In this document: one piece after another, positions 32,882-42,506 of the stretch
How the letters are laid out: the number at the start of each line of letters is the position of its first letter
Numbering within the stretch: the first letter of the stretch is position 1
From: an uncultured virus (IMG/VR IMGVR_UViG_2061766007_000596)
Lineage: Duplodnaviria; Heunggongvirae; Uroviricota; Caudoviricetes
Virus record (IMG/VR): IMGVR_UViG_2061766007_000596
DNA: 64,000 bases
Reading direction: 5' to 3' (one strand)
Notes under the pieces: generated by a model
Database searches by the model: none
The model's input: the letters and a program-made list of their open reading frames with translations, nothing else
Told to the model about the DNA's origin: nothing
Position numbers and translations under genes: made by a program

Positions 32882-34443
32882 AATGTTTCTACTCTTTCGG
32901 TATAAGTTAAATTAATCCAACCATTTCTATTAGCAGAAAATGATTTTAAGAGTCCCCAATTACCATCTTCTTCGATGATAGTATAAATTTTAGGTCTATG
33001 AATAGAGGTAACAATTTTGTATCCTGTACCAGGGCCTTCCCGCACATTGAGCGTGTCTGCAGTGACTTTAGCCCAATAAGGAAGTTTACCTGGGGTATGA
33101 TTAACTTCTGATTGTGACATATCTACTTTCTCCGTATAATTTAAACTAATCCATCCTGCTCCACTTAAAAGGCGTCCCCAATTACCTTGTTCTTCTATGA
33201 TAGTATATGAGCTACCTTTTGATACTGTTCTATTAATAGCATACATAGTTCCAGGACCAGATCGAACATTCAAAGTATTGGCCGTTATACGTACTACATA
33301 TCTTACTTGTTTTCCACCAGAAATAGTATCTTGGGCAGGATTTGCGGGAACCGGATTACCACTAATCGAGCTTCCGGTCTTAACACTACTTAGGAAAGTT
33401 CTCCATCCAACTAAAGCTTGCTCATTTTTTGTCCAAGGTTGAGGACATAATTTACCAGTTACTTGATGGTGCATAATTATATGGTCTTTATCAATATTAT
33501 AAGTCTGTAATAAATATGTAATTAACTGTATTGCCATATTTTGTGTTTCTTTAGTAATGTACCAATCATCATCAGTAGATGCTAAAGAAGAAGTATTTGT
33601 TTTTCTACTGCACATCTCTATACTAATAGAATTCATATTCTTACATTGTCCATAATATTGTCCAGATAAAGAAGTTGTACGGTTAGAATAGCGGTTTCCG
33701 CCAACTGACCAACAATAATAATTCTTTGGATCTGGATTATATTGAACAATAGTCTCATCATCTACAATAAAATCTGCAGATGCTTGATTTGTAGTTGTAC
33801 TAAAATAGTGCGCAGTATTTTGAGCCGCGCCTCGTGTAGAGGTGGTTCCCGCAGTATAATGTACTACTATCCATTCTATTGTTCTATTGTATTTTGCAGT
33901 AGTATTATGCGTGCTTGTGCGTTGAATAATATCTATTTTAGGAGTTGGTCTGCCCGCAGGTTGATGTTCAAAATTATCATATTGAGTTAATTTATGTTTT
34001 TCAACAACCGCATATACATTTTTAACATAATCTAAAGAACTAGCATATCCAGCATTTTTAATTGCTTGAAGATAGCTTAATGGATTATCTGCTTGTTTAA
34101 CTTGAGCATATCTTGCAATAGAAATAAATTGATAATATCCTTCTATACAATGCTCATAGTCATCAAAAGCATACCAAGCTGTATTAGATGGAAGTTGAGT
34201 ATAAGTTCCATCTGGATTTTGTTCACTTCCTCCATTTTCAAAATAACCATTATTAGTAGTTATTCTGTTAGGTCTATATTTTAATCCTAAAATATTATTA
34301 CCATGAGTGGCTTTATAACTTTTTCCATAGCCACTTTCAAGACAAGCTTGAGCGATTCCCGCACTAGCTATTTTATATCCATATTTTTGAGCATATTTAA
34401 CAAAGAAGGGCGCAACTTTATTTATAAATTCTTTATCTGTCAT
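32869..34443 (-). CDS. modular endolysin: GH73 glucosaminidase + amidase_2 + two SH3b domains
   Basis: AQACLESGYG, NILGLK and GYAS; VVHYT, SISIEMC and H..VTGKLCP; two LNVR.GPGT...WG.L...GWI.L.Y repeats. Confidence 0.92.
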   Translation of the reverse strand: MTDKEFINKVAPFFVKYAQKYGYKIASAGIAQACLESGYGKSYKATHGNNILGLKYRPNRITTNNGYFENGGSEQNPDGTYTQLPSNTAWYAFDDYEHCIEGYYQFISIARYAQVKQADNPLSYLQAIKNAGYASSLDYVKNVYAVVEKHKLTQYDNFEHQPAGRPTPKIDIIQRTSTHNTTAKYNRTIEWIVVHYTAGTTSTRGAAQNTAHYFSTTTNQASADFIVDDETIVQYNPDPKNYYCWSVGGNRYSNRTTSLSGQYYGQCKNMNSISIEMCSRKTNTSSLASTDDDWYITKETQNMAIQLITYLLQTYNIDKDHIIMHHQVTGKLCPQPWTKNEQALVGWRTFLSSVKTGSSISGNPVPANPAQDTISGGKQVRYVVRITANTLNVRSGPGTMYAINRTVSKGSSYTIIEEQGNWGRLLSGAGWISLNYTEKVDMSQSEVNHTPGKLPYWAKVTADTLNVREGPGTGYKIVTSIHRPKIYTIIEEDGNWGLLKSFSANRNGWINLTYTERVETLSGG

Positions 34444-34452
34444 TTTCCCTCC

Positions 34453-34929
34453 TTACCCGACAGCATTATTGTCGTTTTCATTTTCCTTTTGTTCAAAACT
34501 ATATTTTAATTCATACATAGCTGTATCATGAATAATTCCACCTTCAATATTTTCAGCTTTAGATTTAGCACAATAGGCACCATATGAAATTGTTTCTCCT
34601 GCTACTAATCCAATTAATGTAACAAGAGGAGTAAAATCTGGCATCATACCAATCGCAAAAGCTAAAGAAAAAGATTGTATGGTAATGTATCCAATAAAAA
34701 ATTCAAGCGCAGTAAAATTTATAAATAAAAAGACTAAAAGTAATTTACCCCATGAAGGTAATTTTATTTTAGCCTTTTCATCTTTAATTTCTTTCTTCTC
34801 TTGTTCTATTTTATTTTCACGTACAAGCTCTGGTTTGAGTTGTTGCCATATATTTTCTTTAAAATTGATATTCTGCTTATACTTTCGTAATTTTCTTAGT
34901 TCAAAAAATCTCGCAAGGAAATTTATCAT
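34453..34929 (-). CDS. two-TM membrane protein, candidate holin
   Basis: Two hydrophobic segments; directly upstream of the endolysin. Confidence 0.5.
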   Translation of the reverse strand: MINFLARFFELRKLRKYKQNINFKENIWQQLKPELVRENKIEQEKKEIKDEKAKIKLPSWGKLLLVFLFINFTALEFFIGYITIQSFSLAFAIGMMPDFTPLVTLIGLVAGETISYGAYCAKSKAENIEGGIIHDTAMYELKYSFEQKENENDNNAVG

Positions 34930-34951
34930 ACAAACCTCCTTTAAAACAAAA

Positions 34952-34975
34952 GAAGGAAGTCCGTAGACTTCCTTC
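34952..34975 (-). terminator. terminator after phoH
   Basis: GAAGGAAGTC-TACG-GACTTCCTTC followed by TTTTGTTTT. Confidence 0.75.
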
Positions 34976-36227
34976 ACATATTATCTGCTACCTTTGCAAT
35001 TTTTGATCTATATATGTTGCTAAGACGAACTTCGCCATAGAAGTCTTGACCGCGGAAGACCTGTGACATCCGACGGAGACCATTATTAGTTCCACCATAT
35101 TCACTCATATCTACTTGGGCTTCATCGTCACCTTCTACAATAACGATTGAATCTTCACCTATTCTTTGTAGCATAAGTTTCATCATATCAACTGATGTAT
35201 TTTGAGCTTCTGTAATATAGATTCCGGCTTTCATACCAGAGCTATCAAAACCTCTAATATCGCTAGTAGGAAGAAGCATTAAAGTTCCATCATCTATCAT
35301 TTTTTCTACTTCAGTTATACTGCCAAATTTAGAGGCTAGAAAATTACCAATTTGACTATCTAAAAGCTTTTCATCGCGGGATCCGGGATAAAAACCTAGT
35401 TTTGCTGCTCCACGAACTGCCACTGTATTACAGAAGATTAGTATTTTGTCTATCTTACCTCTATCAAGTAGATACATTAAGTATCCTAAAGCCAGATATG
35501 ATTTTCCTGAACCTGCCTTCCCGCGCATTACGGTTACTTGATTTGAGCTTAAACTGTCTAAAGCACATTGTTGATAAATATCTCCATTAATGGGGGCTAT
35601 TTTACCAAACATTAAGCTTTCTACTTTAACAAAATTAACTTCTTCATAGCCATGTTCTGTCCATTTATATTTGTCAGCAATACCGTCTTCAAATTCAATA
35701 ATAAGATATTCATTAGGAAGAAGATTATAGTAATTATCATTATTAGGAAGGAGTGTTCCATAAAAATGAGCTAATTCATTTTCATTCATAGTTACAGTTA
35801 AATATCCTGTATAATCACAATCTTCATCTTCTCTAACGTATTCAGTTTTTAGTCCAACACATTCAGCGATTTTTTTACAAGCTAAATCTTGTGTTACAAA
35901 TATTCCAGAATCAAGACAATCTCTTTGGATAAAGGCTTCCCGCGCACTAAATATAATTTTACTATCTTCGGTCATTGGTAAATTATATTCAGCAATTTCA
36001 TCTTCTAAATAAGATTTATATACAATAATAGTATATTTATCTTCATTATCTGCGAGTAATCTAAGAATATTCCTTGCCGCCCATTTAATTTCATTGTCTT
36101 TTGTTCCAGAAGTTTTTATTAGCTCTAATTCTTTTAAAGTTATACTTGAAATTAGTATTTCATCTTTTGTTTTAAAAATTTTATCTTGGAGAGCTAATAG
36201 TACATTTGTATCTACAAATTTAATCAT
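34974..36227 (-). CDS. phoH: PIN-PhoH (PhoH2/YlaK-like) protein
   Basis: N-terminal PIN (FVDTNVLL, EL, DSKI, TQD); PhoH ATPase GKAGSGKS, LGFYPG, IRG, EAQN, RIGE, GD..QVD and YRS. Confidence 0.9.
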   Translation of the reverse strand: MIKFVDTNVLLALQDKIFKTKDEILISSITLKELELIKTSGTKDNEIKWAARNILRLLADNEDKYTIIVYKSYLEDEIAEYNLPMTEDSKIIFSAREAFIQRDCLDSGIFVTQDLACKKIAECVGLKTEYVREDEDCDYTGYLTVTMNENELAHFYGTLLPNNDNYYNLLPNEYLIIEFEDGIADKYKWTEHGYEEVNFVKVESLMFGKIAPINGDIYQQCALDSLSSNQVTVMRGKAGSGKSYLALGYLMYLLDRGKIDKILIFCNTVAVRGAAKLGFYPGSRDEKLLDSQIGNFLASKFGSITEVEKMIDDGTLMLLPTSDIRGFDSSGMKAGIYITEAQNTSVDMMKLMLQRIGEDSIVIVEGDDEAQVDMSEYGGTNNGLRRMSQVFRGQDFYGEVRLSNIYRSKIAKVADNM

Positions 36228-36288
36228 TAGGTAATCAATCCACCTTTCCTTAGTGTATTCTCCTAAGATATATAAAAAAAGGATAAGA

Positions 36289-36726
36289 TTACTTATCCTC
36301 TTTTGACATTTCTTTTTTCATTTTGATTGCATTAGTTACAATCGATCTGCGGTGAATCCTTTTATCTAAATCATTTAAAAGTTGGTTAATTTCATCTGTA
36401 ATATCATTAACTCTTTTAATTCTCTGATTAAGTTGTCTATACATTACTTTAGCTGCGTCATTTTCTTTATCAAATTTTGCATATCCTTCACAACATTTAA
36501 CAAAGTCTAATGCTGCATCTGCTCGTTTCTTGGCGAGCCTCCTCTCATATTTGAGAGCTTTGATAGTTGCTCTTATTTCGGCATATTCACATCCCGCATA
36601 ATTTGAGGCATTTTCTTTGTCATCAGGGTGTAATGAAGCTAAACCAAAGAACTTCTTTCCTAGATGTTGCATTATAACGACTGAAACGCCTGTATTATCA
36701 TCATAGCAACTTTTAATAAATTTCAT
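36289..36726 (-). CDS. hypothetical protein
   Basis: 145-aa ORF; G.A.LHPDD...GCEYAEIRA is a recurring phage motif. Confidence 0.7.
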   Translation of the reverse strand: MKFIKSCYDDNTGVSVVIMQHLGKKFFGLASLHPDDKENASNYAGCEYAEIRATIKALKYERRLAKKRADAALDFVKCCEGYAKFDKENDAAKVMYRQLNQRIKRVNDITDEINQLLNDLDKRIHRRSIVTNAIKMKKEMSKEDK

Positions 36727-36729
36727 AAA

Positions 36730-36939
36730 TTATCCCTTTCTTATACTAACTGTTTTTATTGATGTAAGTAAACTTACAATAATCCATATAGCTAAAACTA
36801 ATTTCCATGAGAATGCTATAGTTAACCCCGCGAGTCCTGCAAGAAAACATATTGCCCAGGTAACTAAACAAACAAACGCAAAATCAAATAATAATAAAAA
36901 TAAAATCAATATAATAAGTGCAAATATTTCTCTTTTCAT
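36730..36939 (-). CDS. small two-TM membrane protein
   Basis: Hydrophobic 69 aa; AAAGGAG RBS. Confidence 0.65.
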   Translation of the reverse strand: MKREIFALIILILFLLLFDFAFVCLVTWAICFLAGLAGLTIAFSWKLVLAIWIIVSLLTSIKTVSIRKG

Positions 36940-37502
36940 ACTTCTCCTTTATATTTTTTAATATCTTCAATAATATCATCAAGTAATATAGGTTTATTGT
37001 TATGAGCATCTAATTCACAATGATATATAAGTCCTTTATTTGCATCAATAAATTTGTCTTGAGTATGACGATGACCACATAAATTAATTACTTGTCTACG
37101 TAAAGGTTTATCACTATTAAAATTATCAGTCATAGTAGGGTAATGTGATAAATAAAAATGATAACCATTGTAACGATACATATAAACAAGTCCCATATTC
37201 AAAATTGTAGGACGAATATTAGCGTACATTTGAATGCGGGTTGAGGTATCATGATTTCCGTCTATAATACGAATATTGCCAGCTAACTGATTTAATTTGC
37301 GGATTCCAGTATTGTTATCGCCTAATATTAAATCTCCAAGCACCCAAACTTCATCATCCCATGCTACTATCGAATTCCAATTTTCAATTATTTTTTTATC
37401 ATGCTCTTCGACTGAATCAAATCCACGAGGACCCCATATAAAGTCCTTATCATGACCCAGATGAAGATCTGACGTAAGCCAGATACGTGACATATAAATC
37501 AC
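36936..37502 (-). CDS. calcineurin-like metallophosphoesterase
   Basis: SDLHLGH, LGD, GNHD, SHYP and GHRH. Confidence 0.9.
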   Translation of the reverse strand: MIYMSRIWLTSDLHLGHDKDFIWGPRGFDSVEEHDKKIIENWNSIVAWDDEVWVLGDLILGDNNTGIRKLNQLAGNIRIIDGNHDTSTRIQMYANIRPTILNMGLVYMYRYNGYHFYLSHYPTMTDNFNSDKPLRRQVINLCGHRHTQDKFIDANKGLIYHCELDAHNNKPILLDDIIEDIKKYKGEV

Positions 37503-38008
37503 TCCTTTTCTATGATAGTATATTTATATCCTTCATGTATCCAAATTTCATCAAATCCTTCTTCAAGAGTAGGAATTGTAAAACTATTATACATATGTCT
37601 TAAACTAGCCAGAGGAACTCTAGCACGCCCCTCCCGCATATCATTCTGTTTTTCTATTGTTTCAAGATCATTTTTAATAACCATAGCTATAACTTTAACA
37701 TCTTTAAGAGAAGCTCCGAGAGCATTAAATAATTTACGTCTTGAGCCAACTGTGATATGTGTGGCATCAGCAATAACAATATCATAATTTTCAAGCCCAA
37801 GTTTTATTTGTTTAATAAATATATTATATACTTCATCTTCATGTGCAAAATATTCTTCATTATCTCCAAGCAGAGAAAAACGAATTGTATCTCTAGAAAC
37901 TAAGAATACTTTTCCGTCAAATGAGTCTATATGTTTCTGAATCCAAGTTGATTTACCTGAACCAGGAACTCCACACATTATATATAATGTTTTTTTAGTT
38001 TTTTCCAT
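37499..38008 (-). CDS. P-loop kinase (polynucleotide-kinase-like, AAA_33)
   Basis: CGVPGSGKSTW, SRDTIR, DAT and R...VP. Confidence 0.85.
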   Translation of the reverse strand: MEKTKKTLYIMCGVPGSGKSTWIQKHIDSFDGKVFLVSRDTIRFSLLGDNEEYFAHEDEVYNIFIKQIKLGLENYDIVIADATHITVGSRRKLFNALGASLKDVKVIAMVIKNDLETIEKQNDMREGRARVPLASLRHMYNSFTIPTLEEGFDEIWIHEGYKYTIIEKE

Positions 38009-38285
38009 TATGTATCAATCCTTTCAATTCACCATAAGGCATTTTTCTTAATCCATCGTCTGTAAAATTATTATGTTCTAATTCTACTAAAAAATCATCA
38101 TAAGTGTATCCACTCCAAGGTCTACATTCTACATGATTAGTTTCTTTTTGACAAGTTAAACAAAATAGCTTTTTTAAATGACCAGCTTCTCGTTCTGCCC
38201 CTTTTTGTCTAACTATAGGGATACCTCGACTTCCACAAATAGTACAATAAAATTCATGGTCAGTTATTAACTTATTATTCGCCAC
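37995..38285 (-). CDS. Zn-ribbon protein
   Basis: CTICG and HLKKLFCLTC...TNHVE; GAGGTG RBS, GTG start. Confidence 0.7.
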   Translation of the reverse strand: MANNKLITDHEFYCTICGSRGIPIVRQKGAEREAGHLKKLFCLTCQKETNHVECRPWSGYTYDDFLVELEHNNFTDDGLRKMPYGELKGLIHNGKN

Positions 38286-38370
38286 AAGTTACACACCTCA
38301 TTTCTTATTTTTATTTNNNNNNNNNNNNNNNNNNNNNNNNNNNNNNNNNNNNNNNNNNNNNNNNNNNNNN

Positions 38371-38582
38371 TGAGATATAAAAGTTTCAAAATCAGTAGCG
38401 ACTTCTGGGTACTCTACGGTAACATCTTGACTCATGTCCAGAGAAAAAACGCCGAGTACTGACTTCGCGTCAACGCTATATCTTCCTCTGGACACCGTAA
38501 CGTCACCCTCTACTTCTTGAGCAACTTTTATAAAACTATACACATCGTTTAAACCTTTTATACTAATTGTCATTGTTTTCAT
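38371..38582 (-). CDS. HPr-family protein lacking His15; stop in gap
   Basis: VDAKSVLGVFSL (Ser46 motif); no GLHARP motif. Confidence 0.8.
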
Positions 38583-38606
38583 GATATATATACCTCCTAA
38601 AAGTAT

Positions 38607-38635
38607 ATTATATCATAAAATTTTTTAATTGTCAA
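38607..38635 (-). promoter_or_regulatory. sigmaA-type promoter
   Basis: TTGACA-17 bp-TATAAT directly before the HPr-like gene. Confidence 0.85.
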
Positions 38636-38774
38636 GTAATCTGCCATTTTCAATAACAGTATTTGTTAAATCTTGTCCAAGAGAAGAACCGATTTGATAA
38701 CCTAATGTATATCCAAATACAATAAGGGCGGTAGCCACCCCTATTGCAATTATAATTGGAATTATATTTTTCAT
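38625..38774 (-). CDS. small membrane peptide (49 aa, not in ORF track)
   Basis: AGGAG RBS; MKNIIPIIIAIGVATALIVFGYTLGYQIG...RLLDN*. Confidence 0.6.
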   Translation of the reverse strand: MKNIIPIIIAIGVATALIVFGYTLGYQIGSSLGQDLTNTVIENGRLLDN

Positions 38775-38785
38775 GTTAACTCCTA

Positions 38786-40003
38786 TTACTGATGATATTT
38801 AAGTAAAAATTCAGGATCAACGCACTTGAAACTATCAGTCCCATCGAGAGTTCTAAATACTATGCCCTCGCGCATTCCGCCATCTATCTTAGAAGGAGTT
38901 GCATGAACATATTCTCTAAGATTATCTATGGTAGAAGGAAGACACATACCCTCAGAAAGAATAGGTACAACAGGTATTCCAACTGGCTCAAGTTCGTCTC
39001 TCATTTGAAGAGTTCCAACTCTACCACAATCAGAATATCTGAGATTAAAAGCTCTCATTTCATGATCTTTCATTCCATAATCTCTTTTCTGAACACCAGC
39101 ACCGAAAGTCTCCGCCTGAACAGCTACCCAATCGGCGGAAGGCCTCTGGTTAAGAAGTTCTTCAAGCGCTGCCCGCACATTATATTTTTCACTCATTTCA
39201 AGGTACACATTTCCGATAGAGTCAGAATAATAATTCTTTTTATCGGGAGTATCGAATACTACATTTCTGCTACATACAAGGTAAACAGGCTTATTAAGAC
39301 CCTTCCCTTTCTTAAAGTAGAAAGTAGTGCTAGTTCCATCTATCTTCTCAGTGGCCACCCACTTTACGTCATGAGCATCAAGTGTCCATGGTCTGTTTTC
39401 GATTCTCTCTTCATCTGTCTTTGGAACTCCGACAGGCCAACTAGAAGGTTTCTTTCTTCCATAAGTATGAAGGAAAAGCCATCTAAGGAATTTATATTTC
39501 TTGATAAATTTTCCATATTTCTTAGCTATCTTAGGATGACGAGCAAGAGCGTTATTTATCTGAGCATCAGGATTTACCTTTGCTTTTCTCTTGTTATCAT
39601 CGGGGTCAGCATATGTTACACCTAATTCCTGAGTAAGGAAATCTCCTTCCCGCAGAACTTTACTATCTTTCTTGATTATTAGTCCCTCATGAAACTGCCA
39701 ACCAAAGTCATCAGCAGACATAAGCAGACCCTGAGAATAGAACTTTCCATCGGGAGTTTTGTACCCCTGAGTCTTTATTTTATAATGTTTAGCTGCAAGG
39801 AACTCAAAAGGTTCAGTTTCAGGAACTTTAGAGTCTATCTCAAAATATATTCCAAGGTCACCAGGCTTGAACTGGTCTTTACGAACCATTATTGTCCAAC
39901 CATTTACAACAGCACACTCGACTCTATCACGTCCAGGGATAGGTTTTATATCATTTATTCTAGCTACATATACAAGCTCTCTTTGATTGTTTTTATTAAG
40001 CAT
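38786..40003 (-). CDS. ATP-dependent RNA ligase, DRB0094-like family
   Basis: N-terminal I..I.PIPG.DR.E...V.GW...F.PGD..IYFEIDS and SQGL; nucleotidyltransferase KTDEER, TEKIDGTS, CSRN, REGIV and SFK. Confidence 0.88.
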   Translation of the reverse strand: MLNKNNQRELVYVARINDIKPIPGRDRVECAVVNGWTIMVRKDQFKPGDLGIYFEIDSKVPETEPFEFLAAKHYKIKTQGYKTPDGKFYSQGLLMSADDFGWQFHEGLIIKKDSKVLREGDFLTQELGVTYADPDDNKRKAKVNPDAQINNALARHPKIAKKYGKFIKKYKFLRWLFLHTYGRKKPSSWPVGVPKTDEERIENRPWTLDAHDVKWVATEKIDGTSTTFYFKKGKGLNKPVYLVCSRNVVFDTPDKKNYYSDSIGNVYLEMSEKYNVRAALEELLNQRPSADWVAVQAETFGAGVQKRDYGMKDHEMRAFNLRYSDCGRVGTLQMRDELEPVGIPVVPILSEGMCLPSTIDNLREYVHATPSKIDGGMREGIVFRTLDGTDSFKCVDPEFLLKYHQ

Positions 40004-40206
40004 TTATATCACTTCCTTTATATCATAATTTATTTTTATTTTATCTACTAATGTGTCCCAAATAGCGTCAAATACTAAATCTTCTGCATCTTCTTCATTT
40101 TCAGCTTCATAAGGGATAGTATAATCTTGTATAATTTCTTTTGGGAATCTTATTGTTACTTGATATTTTTTCATATTTATCACTTCCTTTTCTTTTTTAT
40201 ATAATA

Positions 40207-40235
40207 ATTATATCATAATTTTTTAAAAAAGTCAA
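40207..40235 (-). promoter_or_regulatory. sigmaA-type promoter fused to upstream terminator (40234-40257)
   Basis: AAGGGTGGAT/ATCCACCCTT stem running into TTGACT-17 bp-TATAAT. Confidence 0.85.
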
Positions 40236-40262
40236 GGGTGGATTTTTATCCACCCTTTAAAA

Positions 40263-40685
40263 TTAATAGCTATCATAAAATTCAATTTCAAAATCATCAT
40301 CACTTAAATCTTCATCAAGATATTCAAAGAAAAGAGTTATATCTCGAATTGAATTAGCAATAGGTACAAGTTCTACTTCCCAACTAAATACATGAGAATA
40401 GCAGTCTTTATAAACCCAATGCTTTTTATCAAGGAAGAATTCAAGCACTTCATCTCTAAAGATTTTAAGCTGGTCAAGAGTCATAGTTATATTAGCATCA
40501 TCATGGTTAGGAAGTTCAAATACATCTATAACTCGTCTACGGATATTCCAAGTTTTTCTCCAATAACCAAATTCATATACTATACCACTAGTATATTCAT
40601 CTCTATTAGAAGAAAATTCTTCTTTAAGATACTCTCTAGCTGCTTCAGTTTTAGGTTTAATTATAATTCCTATATCAAGACCCAT
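40263..40685 (-). CDS. hypothetical phage protein (MGLD...YWRK...YDSY type)
   Basis: AGGAAGTG RBS; recurring phage motifs. Confidence 0.7.
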   Translation of the reverse strand: MGLDIGIIIKPKTEAAREYLKEEFSSNRDEYTSGIVYEFGYWRKTWNIRRRVIDVFELPNHDDANITMTLDQLKIFRDEVLEFFLDKKHWVYKDCYSHVFSWEVELVPIANSIRDITLFFEYLDEDLSDDDFEIEFYDSY

Positions 40686-40878
40686 AATATACACTTCCTT
40701 TCTTTTTAATATAATATTTACATTCTTTCCTTTGCTCATAAAAGTTAGAATAAGTATGAATACCTATTTTATTTTCTCCTCTGCGACAAGTATCTTTTTT
40801 TAAACATTCTTTTGCATTACCACAAAGACAAATATCATCATCAAACATAATTATCACTTCCTTTTCTTTTATATAAAT

Positions 40879-40907
40879 ATTATAACATATTTTTTTAAAA
40901 AAGTCAA
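40879..40907 (-). promoter_or_regulatory. sigmaA-type promoter fused to upstream terminator (40906-40953)
   Basis: AAGCGGGAGC/GCTCCCGCTT stem running into TTGACT-17 bp-TATAAT. Confidence 0.85.
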
Positions 40908-41097
40908 GCGGGAGCTTGACCTAGTTTAGCTAGCTTCGACCTGGCTCCCGCTTATTAATTTGTCCATTTTATATTCAGCATCCATCCAAATCATCGGACA
41001 ATCATCTTGTTCATCAACATTTGCTGAATAGGCGCAAATACCCGGCTCTACAGCACTGCCCCATGGACAATTATGACTATTTTGACAGTACTTCATT

Positions 41098-41319
41098 TTA
41101 TCCCTCCGTGTAATAAGTAAGACCAGTAATGAGGGTTCCTGTAGCTTCAGGATAATGTTCTTTCATCCAATCATAAATTATTGACCATCTATCTCCATGC
41201 ATCATCTCTCTGCGATCTTGCATCCCTCTAATAAAAGTTCTTAACTCCATATCATCATTGTGCTCTATTATAAATTGGTGTGCACTAGCCATTTCTTGTG
41301 AGTAATTAGTATTTAACAT
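41098..41319 (-). CDS. hypothetical protein
   Basis: GGAGGAG RBS; 73 aa. Confidence 0.65.
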   Translation of the reverse strand: MLNTNYSQEMASAHQFIIEHNDDMELRTFIRGMQDRREMMHGDRWSIIYDWMKEHYPEATGTLITGLTYYTEG

Positions 41320-41333
41320 TACGCTCCTCCATC

Positions 41334-41603
41334 TTAAACAGTTATATTTTTGCTGATAGGTATAATAGCATTATCCCCTGTAGGAACTATATCTTTCCCA
41401 ATCTGACCATTTTCATCCATTTCAACAATTTTTATAATAGTATTCTTTTTAAGATTTCCAAATTGAGATATAAAAAGATTTAAAGCAGCTTTAGCATCGT
41501 ATTCAGTTCTACCAGTGGGTTTACTAAGACGAAGGAAAGTATTTCTAGTAAAATCTTCCCCATCTTTAGTGGCATACCAAGTTATATTATAATTTCGTGT
41601 CAT
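41334..41603 (-). CDS. hypothetical protein
   Basis: GAGG RBS; 89 aa. Confidence 0.65.
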   Translation of the reverse strand: MTRNYNITWYATKDGEDFTRNTFLRLSKPTGRTEYDAKAALNLFISQFGNLKKNTIIKIVEMDENGQIGKDIVPTGDNAIIPISKNITV

Positions 41604-41605
41604 AA

Positions 41606-42412
41606 TTATTCCTCTTCATCAAAATATTTAATTTCAAATGTATCTAAATCAAGCAAAGCAATTCTTTTGCTCACAATAGTACACATATCAATATCAAATT
41701 TATGTCCATCAGCATAACGAATTATTTCAGGTATAAAGTATTCTTTTTTATTATACCAATCAAATTTATGTTTGATTTCTTCTCTTGTTAATGGTTTCAT
41801 TCCATCGTATCCATACATAAGACGAAGATATTGAACTGGAGTATGTCCATGAACAAGATAAGTATTTTCTGATGTCATTCCTTCTCTTATATATCCATTA
41901 TCCCATTTATCATAAAAATGTTCTCTATCCCAAAGGGAATCATGGCTTCTATGAGGTAGATTAAAAGGAGTGTATCCAGCATGTTCAAGAATAACAGTAT
42001 GTCCGGCAGGAGATAAATATTTTATTTCAGTAGGCATTTCTTTAATAAATTTTCTATATTTAAAAATACGTGCCTGATCCATTTCCCAAAGAGGTTTAGC
42101 TGTTTCTATTCCACCATTTTGATACCAAAGGTCATAACCATTTCCACCATAATAACTAATATCAGCTATTTCTTTTGCAATATAAGGAATAGCATCAGCC
42201 ATCATTTCTTCATGATTGCCTTTAAGAAAAATAGTATTGGGTCTAACCATAAGTTTATCAAGTATTTCTAATCCGTCAGGTCCTCGATCTATAGCATCAC
42301 CTATAAAATATAATGTATCTTCCGGATTGAGATATTCAAGGACTTGATTAGCTAGCTTTCCGCATCCATGCCAGTCTGCAGAAGCATAGACCCTACCCTT
42401 ATTTTTGCTCAT
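41606..42412 (-). CDS. PPP-family Ser/Thr protein phosphatase-like metallophosphoesterase
   Basis: ADWHG, GDAIDRGPD, KGNHE, W..NGG, HAG, HGHTP and DID. Confidence 0.88.
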   Translation of the reverse strand: MSKNKGRVYASADWHGCGKLANQVLEYLNPEDTLYFIGDAIDRGPDGLEILDKLMVRPNTIFLKGNHEEMMADAIPYIAKEIADISYYGGNGYDLWYQNGGIETAKPLWEMDQARIFKYRKFIKEMPTEIKYLSPAGHTVILEHAGYTPFNLPHRSHDSLWDREHFYDKWDNGYIREGMTSENTYLVHGHTPVQYLRLMYGYDGMKPLTREEIKHKFDWYNKKEYFIPEIIRYADGHKFDIDMCTIVSKRIALLDLDTFEIKYFDEEE

Positions 42413-42443
42413 AATATCACAACCTTTCTTATTATTATAATTT

Positions 42444-42472
42444 ATTATAACATATTTTTTTAAAAAAGTCAA
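42444..42472 (-). promoter_or_regulatory. sigmaA-type promoter fused to upstream terminator (42471-42502)
   Basis: GGCGGGTTGGCTAT/ATAGTCAACCCGCT stem running into TTGACT-17 bp-TATAAT. Confidence 0.85.
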
Positions 42473-42506
42473 GCGGGTTGACTATAAATAGCCAACCCGC
42501 CTTTTA

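Noticed and set aside
38903..39625. 240-aa + strand ORF
   Set aside because: Antisense shadow of the RNA ligase; no RBS or recognisable motifs. The same applies to the other short antisense ORFs in the track.
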